A stretch of DNA of 24,000 bases from Ruminiclostridium sp. (lineage in GTDB: Bacteria > Bacillota > Clostridia > Oscillospirales > Ruminococcaceae): positions 2,290 through 26,289 of the forward strand of contig JAGAVH010000039.1 in the NCBI GenBank assembly GCA_017942025.1. The letters are read 5' to 3'. The position numbers and the translations under genes are program-made. Position 1 is the first letter of the stretch. Each line of letters starts with the position of its first letter. Positions 5,792 through 16,843 of this stretch are shown piece after piece. The notes beneath the pieces are model-generated. The model was not told where the DNA came from, ran no database searches, and worked only from the letters and a program-made list of their open reading frames with translations.

Positions 5792-6751
5792 ATGACCAAA
5801 ATGGAAATTTTAAAGCTTACAGCACCCTGCAAGGACTATTTATGGGGTGGTAACAGATTAAGAGAAGAATACGGCAAGAAGTCAGAAGCCGATAAGATAG
5901 CGGAGAGCTGGGAGCTTTCCTGCCATAAGGACGGCGAAAGTGTTATCGCAAACGGTAAGGATAAGGGAAAGACTCTTACACAGTACATAGCTGAAAACAA
6001 ATCCGCACTCGGAACAAACTGTGACAGATTTGAATATTTTCCTATACTAATAAAGCTTATTGACGCAAAGGATAACCTTTCTGTTCAGGTTCATCCCGAT
6101 AATGACTATGCAATGCGCGTCGAGGGCGAATACGGTAAGACAGAAATGTGGTATATAGTAGACTGCAATGACGACGCAAAGCTCATTTACGGCTTTGACA
6201 AGGAAATTTCAAGAGAAGAATTTGCAAAGCGCATCGAGGAAAACACTCTTCTTGAAGTAACAAACAACGTGCCCGTACATAAAGGAGATGTATTCTATAT
6301 CACAGCAGGTACACTTCACGCTATCGGTAGCGGAATACTGATTGCTGAAATCCAGCAGAATTCCAATACCACCTACAGAGTATATGATTACGGTAGAGTA
6401 GGTGCTGACGGAAAACCCAGACAGCTCCATGTTGAAAAGGCTGTAGAGGTAACAGAGCTTTGCCAGCCGAAATATGATACAAAGCCTGAAGGAAAGCCCG
6501 AAAAGATTGAGGGCGGTGAAAAGACTCTGCTCCGCTCCTGCGAATATTTCAATGTAAATAAAATAAAGGTAAGCGGTGAAGTAATGCTTTCCGCTACAGA
6601 AAAATCCTTCAACAGTATTTTAGTGCTGGATGGTAAGGGCGAAATAAACGGACAGGAAGCAAATAAGGGCGACAGCTTCTTTATTCCCGCTTCTTTCGGA
6701 GAATATAAAGTAAGCGGCGACCTTGAAATAATCGTTACAGACATAATTTAA
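5792..6751 (+). CDS. manA: Class I mannose-6-phosphate isomerase
   Basis: YLWGG, LSVQVHPDNDYA and GKTEMWYIV motifs of Firmicute type I PMI. The ATG at 5801 has better RBS spacing (GAAAGGA, 9 nt) than the track start at 5792. Confidence 0.9.
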   Translation: MTKMEILKLTAPCKDYLWGGNRLREEYGKKSEADKIAESWELSCHKDGESVIANGKDKGKTLTQYIAENKSALGTNCDRFEYFPILIKLIDAKDNLSVQVHPDNDYAMRVEGEYGKTEMWYIVDCNDDAKLIYGFDKEISREEFAKRIEENTLLEVTNNVPVHKGDVFYITAGTLHAIGSGILIAEIQQNSNTTYRVYDYGRVGADGKPRQLHVEKAVEVTELCQPKYDTKPEGKPEKIEGGEKTLLRSCEYFNVNKIKVSGEVMLSATEKSFNSILVLDGKGEINGQEANKGDSFFIPASFGEYKVSGDLEIIVTDII

Positions 6752-6780
6752 ATTTCTTTTTCTGAAAGGATGGTAGGATT

Positions 6781-7731
6781 ATGAAGTATTACATCGGTGT
6801 TGATATCGGCGGTACAAACATCAAGGCAGGAGTAGTTGATGATGAATATAATCTTCTTTCTTCTGTATCAGTAAAGACTAATTCGGTAAATGGTTACGAA
6901 AGTGTTACAGAGGCTATATATGAAGCTATAGAAAAGGCAGTAGCTCAGTCTTTGGTAGCAATGGACGATATAATTTCTATAGGTGTTGGTTGTCCCGGTA
7001 CAATGGATAGCGAAAACGGTGTAGTTCTTTATGCGAATAATCTTCATTGGGAAAACGTGCCTTTGGCAAAGGATATAGAAAAGAAATTCGGCAAAAGAGT
7101 AATACTTGAAAACGACGCCAACGTAGCGGCGTACGGTGAGTTCCTGGCAGGTGCGGCAAAGGGTGCAAGAAACGCAGTCGTGCTGACGCTCGGAACGGGA
7201 GTCGGAGCGGGTATAATCATAAACGGAGAGATATACAGCGGCTCTAATAACGCAGGTGGCGAGATAGGACATACCGTAATAGAGGTTGACGGCTGCCAGT
7301 GTACCTGCGGCAGAAAGGGATGCTTTGAAACCTACGCATCTGCTACAGGTCTTATCCGTATGACAAGAGAAATGATTGAAGAAAGACCTCAGAGCAAAAT
7401 GCGCGAGATGGTAGAACGTGACGGAAAGGTTTCCGCCCGTACCTCCTTCAATGCGGCAAAGCTTGGCGATACCGAGGCAGTTGAAGTAGTCAACAAGTAC
7501 ATAAAGTATCTTGCGGCGGGAATTGCAAATGTTATAAACGTGTTCCAGCCTGATATACTCTGTATCGGCGGTGGTGTATGTAACGAGGGTGATAATCTTC
7601 TTATACCGCTCAAAAAACAGATTGCAGAGCAGATTTACAGCAAAAACAGCAGTAAGAATACCGAAATCGTCATCTGCTCACTTGGTAACAAGGCAGGTAT
7701 GATAGGCAGTGCAATGCTGGGCAGAAAATAA
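6781..7731 (+). CDS. glcK: ROK-family glucokinase
   Basis: GVDIGGTNIK, ENDANVAAYGE and GEIGH motifs plus the ROK zinc motif CTCGRKGCFETYAS. Confidence 0.9.
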   Translation: MKYYIGVDIGGTNIKAGVVDDEYNLLSSVSVKTNSVNGYESVTEAIYEAIEKAVAQSLVAMDDIISIGVGCPGTMDSENGVVLYANNLHWENVPLAKDIEKKFGKRVILENDANVAAYGEFLAGAAKGARNAVVLTLGTGVGAGIIINGEIYSGSNNAGGEIGHTVIEVDGCQCTCGRKGCFETYASATGLIRMTREMIEERPQSKMREMVERDGKVSARTSFNAAKLGDTEAVEVVNKYIKYLAAGIANVINVFQPDILCIGGGVCNEGDNLLIPLKKQIAEQIYSKNSSKNTEIVICSLGNKAGMIGSAMLGRK

Positions 7732-7741
7732 AATGTCCGAT

Positions 7742-7760
7742 GGGCGAACGTTGTTCGCCC
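7742..7760 (+). terminator. GC-rich hairpin after glcK (possible terminator lacking a U-tract; also a LexA-box-like palindrome)
   Basis: GGGCGAAC (7742-7749) GTT GTTCGCCC (7753-7760). There is no clear T-run downstream. Confidence 0.4.
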
Positions 7761-7791
7761 GTCTGTAATTATTGAAAGGAGACGGCTGTAA

Positions 7792-8553
7792 TTGAGTAAC
7801 AAAAAGAATGTACATGAAGGACACAGAAACAGAATGGTAAGCCGTCTCAGAAAAGATGGCGGAGAGCATTTTGAAACCCACGAAATACTCGAAATGCTGT
7901 TATACAACAGCAGTAAAAGATGTAATACAAATCCGACAGCACACAATCTTTTAGATGAATTCGGCTCGCTCACGGGAGTGCTTACAGCCTCTGCCGAGGA
8001 GCTTACAAAGGTTCAGGGAGTAGGCGAAGCAACCGCAAATCTTATACTTACCGTGGGAGAGGTGCTGAGAAGATCACTTCAGGAAAGTGTGATGGTAGGC
8101 GAATGTCTGCGTATTTCAGAGGATGCAAAGAATTTCTGTGCTTCGGTTTTCCATGCGGAACGAAGTGAGCACGTAAGAATGATATTCCTTGACAGTAAAT
8201 ATAATTACGTTTCCCAGGAAATAATATGCAAGGGAAGTATTGAACAGGTAAAGCCTGATATGATGGAGCTTATCGAAAAGGCTATAAGAATGCATTGCCC
8301 GATAGTTATGCTCACTCACAATCATCCTACAGGTAGTGAGATTCCCTCAAAAGAGGACAGAAATCTGACACGAAGTCTTTATAATCTGCTTTTTGGTGCG
8401 GATATATATCTTGCCGACCATATAATCGTAGGAAAATACGGAACACTATCAATGCGTGAGAACAACGCTCTTCCTGATTTGTGGAACGAATTCAGAACAA
8501 AGCGCGAGGAAGAGGAAAAAAAGGAAGAAACAAACAGAAACGAAATGTCTTAA
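7792..8553 (+). CDS. radC: RadC-like JAB/MPN-domain protein (UPF0758)
   Basis: TTG start 10 nt after AGGAG. HhH segment LTKVQGVGEATANLI and JAMM motif HNHPTGSEIPSKED. Confidence 0.88.
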   Translation: MSNKKNVHEGHRNRMVSRLRKDGGEHFETHEILEMLLYNSSKRCNTNPTAHNLLDEFGSLTGVLTASAEELTKVQGVGEATANLILTVGEVLRRSLQESVMVGECLRISEDAKNFCASVFHAERSEHVRMIFLDSKYNYVSQEIICKGSIEQVKPDMMELIEKAIRMHCPIVMLTHNHPTGSEIPSKEDRNLTRSLYNLLFGADIYLADHIIVGKYGTLSMRENNALPDLWNEFRTKREEEEKKEETNRNEMS

Positions 8554-8568
8554 AAAATCGGAGAATTT

Positions 8569-10527
8569 ATGGACAAATTCATTTTACATTCAGATTACAA
8601 GCCTATGGGTGATCAGCCGCAGGCTATAGAAAGTCTTGCAAGAGGCGTGCTTGACGGAAAAAATGAGCAGGTACTCCTCGGCGTCACAGGCTCGGGTAAG
8701 ACCTTCACGATGGCGAATATCATAGAAAAGGTGAATAAGCCTACCCTTATACTCGCCCATAATAAGACTCTGGCGGCACAGCTTTGTACCGAGTTCAAAG
8801 AGTTTTTCCCTGAAAATGCGGTAGAATATTTCGTGTCCTACTATGACTATTACCAGCCTGAAGCCTATATTCCTTCAACTGACGCCTATATAGAAAAGGA
8901 CAGCGCAATAAACGATGAGATAGACAGACTCAGGCATAGCGCAACTGCGGCACTTACAGAGCGCAGGGATGTCATTATAGTAGCCAGCGTTTCCTGTATA
9001 TACAGCCTTGGCAGTCCTGAGGACTACCGTGAAAATATGCTTTCTATCAGAGTAGGGCAGGAATACGGCAGAGACGATATTATAAAAAAGCTTGTAGATA
9101 TACAGTATGAGCGAAATGATATGAACTTTGTCAGAAACAAGTTTAGGGTAAGGGGCGACGTGCTTGAGATATTCCCTGCAGGCGCAACCTCAGACAGAGC
9201 AGTAAGAATAGAATTTTTCGGAGATGAGGTAGACAGAATTTCCGAAATAGATATAGTCACGGGCGAAGTGAAGAATCGTTTTTCTCATGTGGCTATTTTC
9301 CCTGCGTCCCATTATATTGTCGGAAAGGACAGACTCGACAAGGCGTTATCCGATATCTATGACGAGATGGAGGAAAGAGTACAGTATTTTACAGAAAACA
9401 AAAAGCTTATTGAAGCCCAGAGAATAGAACAGCGCACAAAATATGATATGGAAATGCTTCGTGAGATAGGCACCTGTAAGGGTGTTGAAAACTATTCAAG
9501 AGTGCTTTCAGGCAGAGCGCCCGGCAGCTCTCCCATAACTCTTCTGCACCATTTCCCGAAGGATTTTCTGATGTTCATAGATGAAAGCCACGTAACGTTA
9601 CCTCAGGTGAGAGGTATGTTCGGCGGTGACTATGCAAGAAAGAAGAATCTTGTGGACTACGGCTTCCGTCTGCCCTCAGCATATGACAACAGACCGATGA
9701 ATTTCGATGAATTCACATCTCATATAAATCAGGTTATCTACGTTTCCGCAACTCCTGCCGCCTATGAAAGCGAAAGAGCCGAAAACGTAGCGGAGCAGGT
9801 AATAAGACCTACAGGACTGCTTGATCCTATTGTAGAAGTAAAGCCTGTAGAAGGTCAGATAGAGGACTTATATTCCGAGATAAACGAGAGAACCGCCAAG
9901 GGCGAATGTGTGCTTATCACCACCCTTACAAAGAAGATGGCGGAGGACCTTACAAGCTACTATGAAAAAATGGGCGTAAAGATACGCTATATGCACCATG
10001 ATATAGATTCCATCGAAAGAATGGAGATAATAAGAGATTTAAGAATGCACGTATTCGACGTGCTTGTAGGTATCAACCTTTTAAGAGAAGGTCTTGACCT
10101 GCCTGAGGTATCACTTGTTGCAATTCTTGACGCAGATAAGGAGGGCTTTTTAAGAAGCGAGACCTCACTTATCCAGACAATAGGCAGAGCGGCAAGAAAC
10201 GCAGAGGGCAAGGTAATAATGTATGCTGATACTGTGACAGACAGTATGGAAAGGGCGATAACCGAAACCGCAAGACGTCGTGAGATACAGATGCAGTATA
10301 ATGAAGAACACGGCATAGTACCTAAAACAATAGTCAAGGAAGTAAGAGCGGTACTTGAAATCTCATCGGGTAAGGATAGTAACAAGCCCAGAAAGATGAC
10401 AAAGGCACAAAGAGAAGCGCTTATAAAGCAATATACGGCAGAAATGAAGAATGCCGCAAAGCTTCTTGACTTTGAGCATGCCGCATATTTAAGAGATAAG
10501 ATTAAGGAGCTTTCGGAAGAAAAATAA
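8569..10527 (+). CDS. uvrB: Excinuclease ABC subunit B
   Basis: 652 aa. GDQPQAI, Walker [10 protein letters not shown], the beta-hairpin region [10 protein letters not shown], and the C-terminal UVR domain [14 protein letters not shown]. Confidence 0.97.
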   Translation: MDKFILHSDYKPMGDQPQAIESLARGVLDGKNEQVLLGVTGSGKTFTMANIIEKVNKPTLILAHNKTLAAQLCTEFKEFFPENAVEYFVSYYDYYQPEAYIPSTDAYIEKDSAINDEIDRLRHSATAALTERRDVIIVASVSCIYSLGSPEDYRENMLSIRVGQEYGRDDIIKKLVDIQYERNDMNFVRNKFRVRGDVLEIFPAGATSDRAVRIEFFGDEVDRISEIDIVTGEVKNRFSHVAIFPASHYIVGKDRLDKALSDIYDEMEERVQYFTENKKLIEAQRIEQRTKYDMEMLREIGTCKGVENYSRVLSGRAPGSSPITLLHHFPKDFLMFIDESHVTLPQVRGMFGGDYARKKNLVDYGFRLPSAYDNRPMNFDEFTSHINQVIYVSATPAAYESERAENVAEQVIRPTGLLDPIVEVKPVEGQIEDLYSEINERTAKGECVLITTLTKKMAEDLTSYYEKMGVKIRYMHHDIDSIERMEIIRDLRMHVFDVLVGINLLREGLDLPEVSLVAILDADKEGFLRSETSLIQTIGRAARNAEGKVIMYADTVTDSMERAITETARRREIQMQYNEEHGIVPKTIVKEVRAVLEISSGKDSNKPRKMTKAQREALIKQYTAEMKNAAKLLDFEHAAYLRDKIKELSEEK

Positions 10528-10545
10528 AGAAAAGGAGAAACGAAA

Positions 10546-13398
10546 GTGAGCAGGGACAAAATAGTTATAAAGGGAGCAAGAGAACACAATTTAAAGAATG
10601 TAGATATAGAACTGCCCCGTGATAAGCTTATTGTAATGACCGGACTTTCAGGCTCGGGAAAATCCTCTCTTGCCTTTGATACCATATATGCTGACGGTCA
10701 GAGAAGATATATAGAAAGCCTCTCTTCCTATGCAAGAATGTTTTTAGGACAGATGGAAAAGCCTGACGTTGACAGTATAGAGGGCTTATCTCCCGCTATC
10801 TCTATAGACCAGAAGACTACCTCAAAAAACCCCCGTTCAACGGTTGGTACGGTAACCGAGATATATGACTATCTTCGTCTGCTCTACGCAAGAGTAGGCG
10901 TACCCCATTGTCCTGTCTGCGGTAAGGAGATAAAACAGCAGACGGTAGACCAGATAGTTGATAAGATAATGGCTCTCCCTGAAAGAACAAAGTTTCAGGT
11001 TATGTCACCCATTGTAAGAGGCAGAAAGGGTGAATATAAAAAAGAATTTGAGGACCTTATAAAGCAGGGCTATGCAAGAGTCAGAGTTGATGGTATAATC
11101 TACGATTTATCCGAACAGATACCTCTTGATAAAAACAAAAAGCATAACATTGAGGTGGTTGTTGACCGCCTTATACTGAAGGAGGATATCAGAACAAGAC
11201 TTACTGACAGCATAGAGGTTGCAGGAAAGCTTTCTGAGGGACTTATCCTGATAGACGTAATAGACGGTGAAGAAATGCTCTTTTCTCAGAATTACGCCTG
11301 CCCCGAACACGGTGTAAGCATAGAAGAGCTGGTACCCCGTATGTTTTCCTTCAATAATCCCTTCGGTGCTTGTCCTACCTGTACAGGCCTTGGAATACAC
11401 AAGACTATAGATGAAAATCTTATAATTCCGAATATGGAGCTTTCGGTAAAGGAAAATGCCATAAGAGCCAGCGGCTGGAAATATGCCGACGGAACAATAG
11501 CACAGATGTATTTTGAAGCTGTTGCAAGAGAATATGGATTTTCTGTTGAAACTCCCTTAAAGGACCTTGAAAGAAATCAGATAGAGGCTCTGCTTTACGG
11601 TACGGGCGATAAGAAGATAAAGGTAGTAAGAAGCAGCGAGCAGGGCGGCGGTGAATATATGACCGTCTTTGAGGGTGTAATAAATAATCTTGAACGCCGC
11701 TACAGAGAAACCCAGAGTAGCTATTCAAGAGAAGATATAGCGCAGTATATGGGTGATACCACCTGTCCCGATTGTCACGGACAAAGACTCAGAAAAGAGG
11801 CGCTTTGCGTTACCGTTGCTGATAAGAATATCAATGATTTCTGTAATATGAGTATTTCTGATGCTCTGGATTTTGTAAACTCAGTTGAGCTTTCAGAACG
11901 TGATATGATGATAGCAAAGCAGATTTTAAAGGAGATAAGGGAAAGACTCGGCTTTTTACAGAGTGTAGGACTTGAATATCTCACTTTATCACGTAGTGCA
12001 GGCACCTTATCAGGCGGCGAAAGCCAGAGAATAAGACTTGCCACCCAGATAGGCAGTTACCTTATGGGAGTGCTTTATATCCTTGACGAGCCGAGTATCG
12101 GACTGCATCAGAGAGATAACGACAAGCTGATTGCTACACTCCGCCATCTGCGTGATTTAGGTAATACCCTCATTGTCGTAGAACATGACGAGGACACTAT
12201 GAGAGCCGCAGACTACGTGGTGGATATAGGTCCGGGTGCAGGTGTACACGGCGGTGAAATAATCTGTGCAGGTAGCCTTCAGGACATTATGGACTGTGAG
12301 CGTTCTATAACAGGACAGTATTTAAGCGGCAGACTGAAAATAGAAATACCCGAAAAGAGAAGAGAGCTTACCGGTAAATGGCTTACTGTAAAGGGCGCAA
12401 GAGAGAACAATCTTAAAGATATTACGGTAAAGATACCACTCGGTATATTTACCTGCATAACGGGTGTATCGGGTAGCGGCAAAAGCTCACTTATAAACGA
12501 GATTGTGTATAAGCACCTTGTGGCAAAGCTCAATCGTGCAAGAGTAAGAGCAGGGGACTTTGACAGTATAAGCGGTGTAAGTCACCTTGATAAGGTGATT
12601 GCAATAGATCAGTCCCCCATAGGCAGAACTCCCCGTTCTAACCCCGCTACCTATACAGGCGTATTCAGCGATATAAGAGACCTTTTTGCTCAGACCAACG
12701 ACGCAAAAATGCGCGGCTATACCCAGGGACGCTTCTCCTTCAATATCAAGGGCGGCAGATGCGAAGCCTGCGAGGGCGACGGTATCAAGAAGATAGAGAT
12801 GCACTTCTTACCCGATATATACGTACCCTGCGAGGTCTGCAAGGGACACCGCTACAACAGAGAAACCCTTGAAGTAAAGTACAAGGGTAAAAACATCTAT
12901 GATGTGCTTGAAATGACGGTAGAGGACGGACTTGCCTTTTTCGAAAATCACGAAAAGATACGCCGCAAGCTCCAGACTCTTTACGATGTGGGACTGGGCT
13001 ATGTCAAGATAGGACAGCCGGCAACCACTCTTTCAGGCGGTGAGGCACAGAGAGTAAAGCTTGCTACAGAGCTTTCGAAGAGAGCTACGGGAAAGACGGT
13101 ATATATCCTTGACGAGCCTACAACGGGACTTCACACAGCGGATGTACACAAGCTGATTGAAGTACTTCAGAAGCTGACTGACGGTGGAAATACCGTGCTT
13201 GTCATAGAGCATAACCTTGATGTTATCAAGACTGCCGATTATATCATTGATATGGGACCCGAGGGCGGCGACAAGGGCGGTATAGTGATAGCAAGCGGTA
13301 CCCCCGAAGAAGTAGCGGCAACGGATATTTCTTATACAGGAAAATATCTGGCGCCTCTTCTCGGCATTAAAAGGGATGAACAGCAATTCTTAGAATAG
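10546..13398 (+). CDS. uvrA: Excinuclease ABC subunit A
   Basis: 950 aa with a GTG start after GGAG. Two ABC modules ([17 protein letters not shown] and [13 protein letters not shown]), LSGGE signatures and zinc-finger Cys clusters. Confidence 0.97.
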   Translation: MSRDKIVIKGAREHNLKNVDIELPRDKLIVMTGLSGSGKSSLAFDTIYADGQRRYIESLSSYARMFLGQMEKPDVDSIEGLSPAISIDQKTTSKNPRSTVGTVTEIYDYLRLLYARVGVPHCPVCGKEIKQQTVDQIVDKIMALPERTKFQVMSPIVRGRKGEYKKEFEDLIKQGYARVRVDGIIYDLSEQIPLDKNKKHNIEVVVDRLILKEDIRTRLTDSIEVAGKLSEGLILIDVIDGEEMLFSQNYACPEHGVSIEELVPRMFSFNNPFGACPTCTGLGIHKTIDENLIIPNMELSVKENAIRASGWKYADGTIAQMYFEAVAREYGFSVETPLKDLERNQIEALLYGTGDKKIKVVRSSEQGGGEYMTVFEGVINNLERRYRETQSSYSREDIAQYMGDTTCPDCHGQRLRKEALCVTVADKNINDFCNMSISDALDFVNSVELSERDMMIAKQILKEIRERLGFLQSVGLEYLTLSRSAGTLSGGESQRIRLATQIGSYLMGVLYILDEPSIGLHQRDNDKLIATLRHLRDLGNTLIVVEHDEDTMRAADYVVDIGPGAGVHGGEIICAGSLQDIMDCERSITGQYLSGRLKIEIPEKRRELTGKWLTVKGARENNLKDITVKIPLGIFTCITGVSGSGKSSLINEIVYKHLVAKLNRARVRAGDFDSISGVSHLDKVIAIDQSPIGRTPRSNPATYTGVFSDIRDLFAQTNDAKMRGYTQGRFSFNIKGGRCEACEGDGIKKIEMHFLPDIYVPCEVCKGHRYNRETLEVKYKGKNIYDVLEMTVEDGLAFFENHEKIRRKLQTLYDVGLGYVKIGQPATTLSGGEAQRVKLATELSKRATGKTVYILDEPTTGLHTADVHKLIEVLQKLTDGGNTVLVIEHNLDVIKTADYIIDMGPEGGDKGGIVIASGTPEEVAATDISYTGKYLAPLLGIKRDEQQFLE

Positions 13399-13424
13399 AA
13401 ATTTCAAAAAGCTGAAAAAAACTC

Positions 13425-13453
13425 TTGTAACTTCGGGCAAAATATGATATACT
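13425..13453 (+). promoter_or_regulatory. Putative promoter of hom
   Basis: -35 TTGTAA (13425-13430), 17-nt spacer, extended -10 TGATATACT (-10 hexamer at 13448-13453). Confidence 0.55.
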
Positions 13454-13492
13454 TTAATGTGAATATAAATTGAGCGAGAGCAAAAGAAAGGA

Positions 13493-14734
13493 ATGGTCAC
13501 AGATATGGCTAAAATAGCAGTTCTGGGCTACGGCGTTGTCGGTTCGGGAACAGTCGAAGTAATTTATAAAAATCAGCAGGGACTTGAAAAGAAGGCAGGT
13601 CAGGGTATAGAGGTTAAATATATCCTTGATTTAAGAGATTTTCCCGATAGTCCCTACGCAGATAAATTCACAAAGGATTTTAATGTAATAGTAAACGACC
13701 CTGAAATAGATGTGGTTGTAGAAGTGCTTGGCGGTGTAAAGTTTGCATATCCTTATGTAAAAGCGTCGCTTGAAGCAGGAAAGAGTGTAGTTACATCAAA
13801 TAAGGAGCTGGTTGCTACCTACGGTGCAGAGCTTCTCTCAATAGCAAAGGAAAAGAATATAAACTTCTTCTTTGAAGCAAGTGTAGGCGGTGGTATTCCT
13901 ATCATCAGACCTTTACACCAGTGCCTTTCCGCAAACCGCATCGAAGAGATTGCAGGTATCTTAAACGGCACTACAAACTTTATCCTTACAAAGATGATAA
14001 GAGATAATATGGGCTTTGACGAGGCTCTTAAAATAGCGCAGGAGCTTGGCTATGCCGAGCGTGATCCTTCCGCTGACGTTGACGGTATCGACGCTTGCAG
14101 AAAGATATGCATACTCGCATCCCTTTCCTTCGGCAGACACGTATATCCCGATAACATCCACACAGAGGGTATCACAAAGATAACACCTGAGGACGTTGCC
14201 TACTGTGAAAACTTCGGCGGTGCTATAAAGCTTATCGGCTGGGCGGCAAGACAGGAAGATGACAAAATTGCAATTATGGTATGTCCCGCCTTCATTCACG
14301 AGGATAGCCAGCTTGCAGGCGTAAACGACGTATTCAATGCCATTCTTGTAAGAGGCGACTCTACGGGTGACGTAGTATTCTACGGCAAGGGCGCAGGTAA
14401 GCTCCCCACGGCAAGTGCTGTAGTTGCTGACGTTGTTGACGTGGTAAAGGCTACAGGTACTTCAAAGTCACTTCGCTGGGAGGACAGCGAGCAGGATTTC
14501 ATCGAAGCTACAGAAAATATTGTATGCGAAAATTACATAAGAGTAAGCGGCACAGATAAGTCCCTTATCGAATATCTTTTCGGTGAGGTAGCATATCTTT
14601 CAAGAAAGGGCGCGCCTGCTGACGAGCTTGCATTCACAACCACAGCTATAAGCGAAAAGGAATGCGGCGAAAAGCTCATCGAGCTTCAGAAGAAGGCAAC
14701 CCTTCTGGGACGTATCAGAATACTCAATTATTAA
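13493..14734 (+). CDS. hom: Homoserine dehydrogenase with C-terminal ACT-like region
   Basis: VLGYGVVGSG NAD-binding motif, SNKELVA and GGGIPIIRPL. An alternative start at ATG 13505 (MAKIAVLG) is possible. Confidence 0.92.
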   Translation: MVTDMAKIAVLGYGVVGSGTVEVIYKNQQGLEKKAGQGIEVKYILDLRDFPDSPYADKFTKDFNVIVNDPEIDVVVEVLGGVKFAYPYVKASLEAGKSVVTSNKELVATYGAELLSIAKEKNINFFFEASVGGGIPIIRPLHQCLSANRIEEIAGILNGTTNFILTKMIRDNMGFDEALKIAQELGYAERDPSADVDGIDACRKICILASLSFGRHVYPDNIHTEGITKITPEDVAYCENFGGAIKLIGWAARQEDDKIAIMVCPAFIHEDSQLAGVNDVFNAILVRGDSTGDVVFYGKGAGKLPTASAVVADVVDVVKATGTSKSLRWEDSEQDFIEATENIVCENYIRVSGTDKSLIEYLFGEVAYLSRKGAPADELAFTTTAISEKECGEKLIELQKKATLLGRIRILNY

Positions 14735-14775
14735 AAAGCATAACTTTATCTTAACTTGCGAAAGGAAACATCCTG

Positions 14776-15486
14776 ATGGAAAAACAGCTTAAATACAAGA
14801 GAATACTTTTAAAGCTCAGCGGCGAGGCACTTGCCGGTGAAAAGAAGATGGGACTTGATATCCCCACAATAACAGAAATCTGCAAAAGCATAAAGAAGTG
14901 CTCCGACGCAGGCGCACAGATAGGTATTGTAGTAGGCGGCGGCAACTACTGGAGAGGTCGCTCCAGCGATACAATGGACAGAGTAAGAGCAGACCACATA
15001 GGTATGCTGGCAACAGCTATGAACGCACTTGCGGTAGCTGACGTTCTTGAAGGACTCGGCTGTGAGGTAAGAGTTCAGACTGCCATTGATATGAAGCAGA
15101 TTGCAGAGCCTTACATCAGACAGAAGACATTAAGACACTTTGAAAAGGGCAGAATCGTAATCTTCGGCTGCGGTACCGGTAGCCCCTTCTTCTCAACAGA
15201 CAGTGCGGCGGCTTTAAGAGCGGCTGAGATAAACGCAGATATACTGCTCAAGGCTACAATGGTTGACGGTATCTATGATAAGGACCCTCACAAGTATGCA
15301 GACGCAGTAAAGTACGATACACTTTCCCACCACGAGATACTTGTTCACAGCTTAAAGGTTATGGACAGTGCGGCGGCGGCAATGTGCAGTGATAACAAGA
15401 CACCTATTTTAGTATTCGATTTAAGCAGACCTGACAACATCTATGACGCGGTTATGGGTGAAAAGGTAGGTACAGTAGTAAGCTAA
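14776..15486 (+). CDS. pyrH: UMP kinase
   Basis: [22 protein letters not shown] and [20 protein letters not shown]. Confidence 0.96.
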   Translation: MEKQLKYKRILLKLSGEALAGEKKMGLDIPTITEICKSIKKCSDAGAQIGIVVGGGNYWRGRSSDTMDRVRADHIGMLATAMNALAVADVLEGLGCEVRVQTAIDMKQIAEPYIRQKTLRHFEKGRIVIFGCGTGSPFFSTDSAAALRAAEINADILLKATMVDGIYDKDPHKYADAVKYDTLSHHEILVHSLKVMDSAAAAMCSDNKTPILVFDLSRPDNIYDAVMGEKVGTVVS

Positions 15487-15545
15487 GTAACAAAGGCGAT
15501 GGATATCGCATAAATAAACGGATTAACTGAAAGGAATAAAAAATT

Positions 15546-16100
15546 ATGAAGGCTACAATCAACACAGCAAAAGAAAAAATGGAAAAGTGCGTTGCAGCTC
15601 TTGAAAATGAATTTGCAACCATCCGTGCAGGAAGAGCAAATCCCGCTGTTCTTGACAAGATTACAGTAGATTATTACGGAGTGCCCACACAGATCAACGC
15701 TATGGCGGCTGTATCTGTTGCAGAAGCAAGAATCCTTGTTATCACCCCCTGGGACGCTTCGACATTAAAATCCATAGAAAAAGCAATTCTTGCAAGCGAT
15801 ATCGGTATAACACCTACAAATGACGGCAAAGCTATCCGTATAGTATTCCCCCAGCTTACAGAAGAAAGAAGAAAGGAACTCTGCAAGCAGATAAAGAAGA
15901 TGGGTGAGGACAGCAAGGTAGCAATAAGAAACGTTCGTCGTGACGCTATGGATAAGCTGAAGGCTATGAAGAAGAATTCTGAAATCACAGAGGATGATTT
16001 AAAGGACTGCGAAAAGAAGGTTCAGGATCACACAGACAAGTTCTGCGATAAGATCGACAGTGTTTGCGCAGATAAAGAAAAGGAAATAATGACGGTATAA
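15546..16100 (+). CDS. frr: Ribosome recycling factor
   Basis: 184 aa. FATIRAGRANPAVLDKI, LTEERRKEL and IRNVRRDA. Confidence 0.96.
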   Translation: MKATINTAKEKMEKCVAALENEFATIRAGRANPAVLDKITVDYYGVPTQINAMAAVSVAEARILVITPWDASTLKSIEKAILASDIGITPTNDGKAIRIVFPQLTEERRKELCKQIKKMGEDSKVAIRNVRRDAMDKLKAMKKNSEITEDDLKDCEKKVQDHTDKFCDKIDSVCADKEKEIMTV

Positions 16101-16102
16101 AA

Positions 16103-16822
16103 TTGGCAGAGAAAGTTTTACCTAAGGAGCAGATGCCCTTACACGTGGGCATAATAATGGATGGTAACGGCAGGTGGGCTAAAAAAAGAGGCTTGCCACG
16201 TACCGCAGGTCATGCTCAGGGTGCAAAGGTTTTTAAGAAAACTGTGGAATGGTGCAGAGAGCTTGGTATAAAATATGCCACCTTCTATGCCTTTTCAACA
16301 GAGAACTGGAAGCGCCCCAAAGAAGAAGTTGACGCCATTATGGACCTGCTTAACAAATACCTTGATGACATAAGAAAAATGTCCCAGAAGAATACGAGAA
16401 TAATTTTTCTCGGTGATAAGGGAGCATTTTCTGACGAGGTGGCGGCACGTCTTACCGAAATAGAAGAGGTGTCGGCCGCAAATGACGGTCTTTATGTCCT
16501 TGTTGCGCTCAATTATGGCGGCAGAGATGAAATAGTATCAGCCGCAAAGCGCATTGCCGAGGAATATAAGAGCGGAAAAATAAGTATAGATGATATAGAC
16601 GAGATATCCTTTGAAAATTATCTGTACACGAAGGGGATACCTCCTGCTGATCTTATTATAAGACCCAGCGGAGAACAGCGAACATCCAATTTCCTTGTAT
16701 GGCAGGCGGCTTATGCCGAGCTTGTGTTTATGGATGTCCTCTGGCCCGATTTTTCAAAAAAGGATCTTACAGCGGCGTGTGAAGAATATATGTTGCGCAA
16801 CCGCAGATTCGGTGGAGTCTGA
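16103..16822 (+). CDS. uppS: Undecaprenyl-diphosphate synthase (isoprenyl transferase)
   Basis: GIIMDGNGRWA, FSTENWKRP and IRPSGEQRTSNFLVWQ. The TTG start is 2 nt after the frr stop, and the exact start is uncertain. Confidence 0.93.
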   Translation: MAEKVLPKEQMPLHVGIIMDGNGRWAKKRGLPRTAGHAQGAKVFKKTVEWCRELGIKYATFYAFSTENWKRPKEEVDAIMDLLNKYLDDIRKMSQKNTRIIFLGDKGAFSDEVAARLTEIEEVSAANDGLYVLVALNYGGRDEIVSAAKRIAEEYKSGKISIDDIDEISFENYLYTKGIPPADLIIRPSGEQRTSNFLVWQAAYAELVFMDVLWPDFSKKDLTAACEEYMLRNRRFGGV

Positions 16823-16843
16823 TCCTTTTGGAAAGGAATATGA

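Noticed and set aside
9987-10685. 232-aa ORF on the - strand spanning the uvrB-uvrA junction
   Set aside because: It is antisense to two unmistakable genes. Its Ser/Leu/Ile-rich low-complexity translation is typical of the reverse frame of A/G-rich coding sequence, and it has no RBS or domains.
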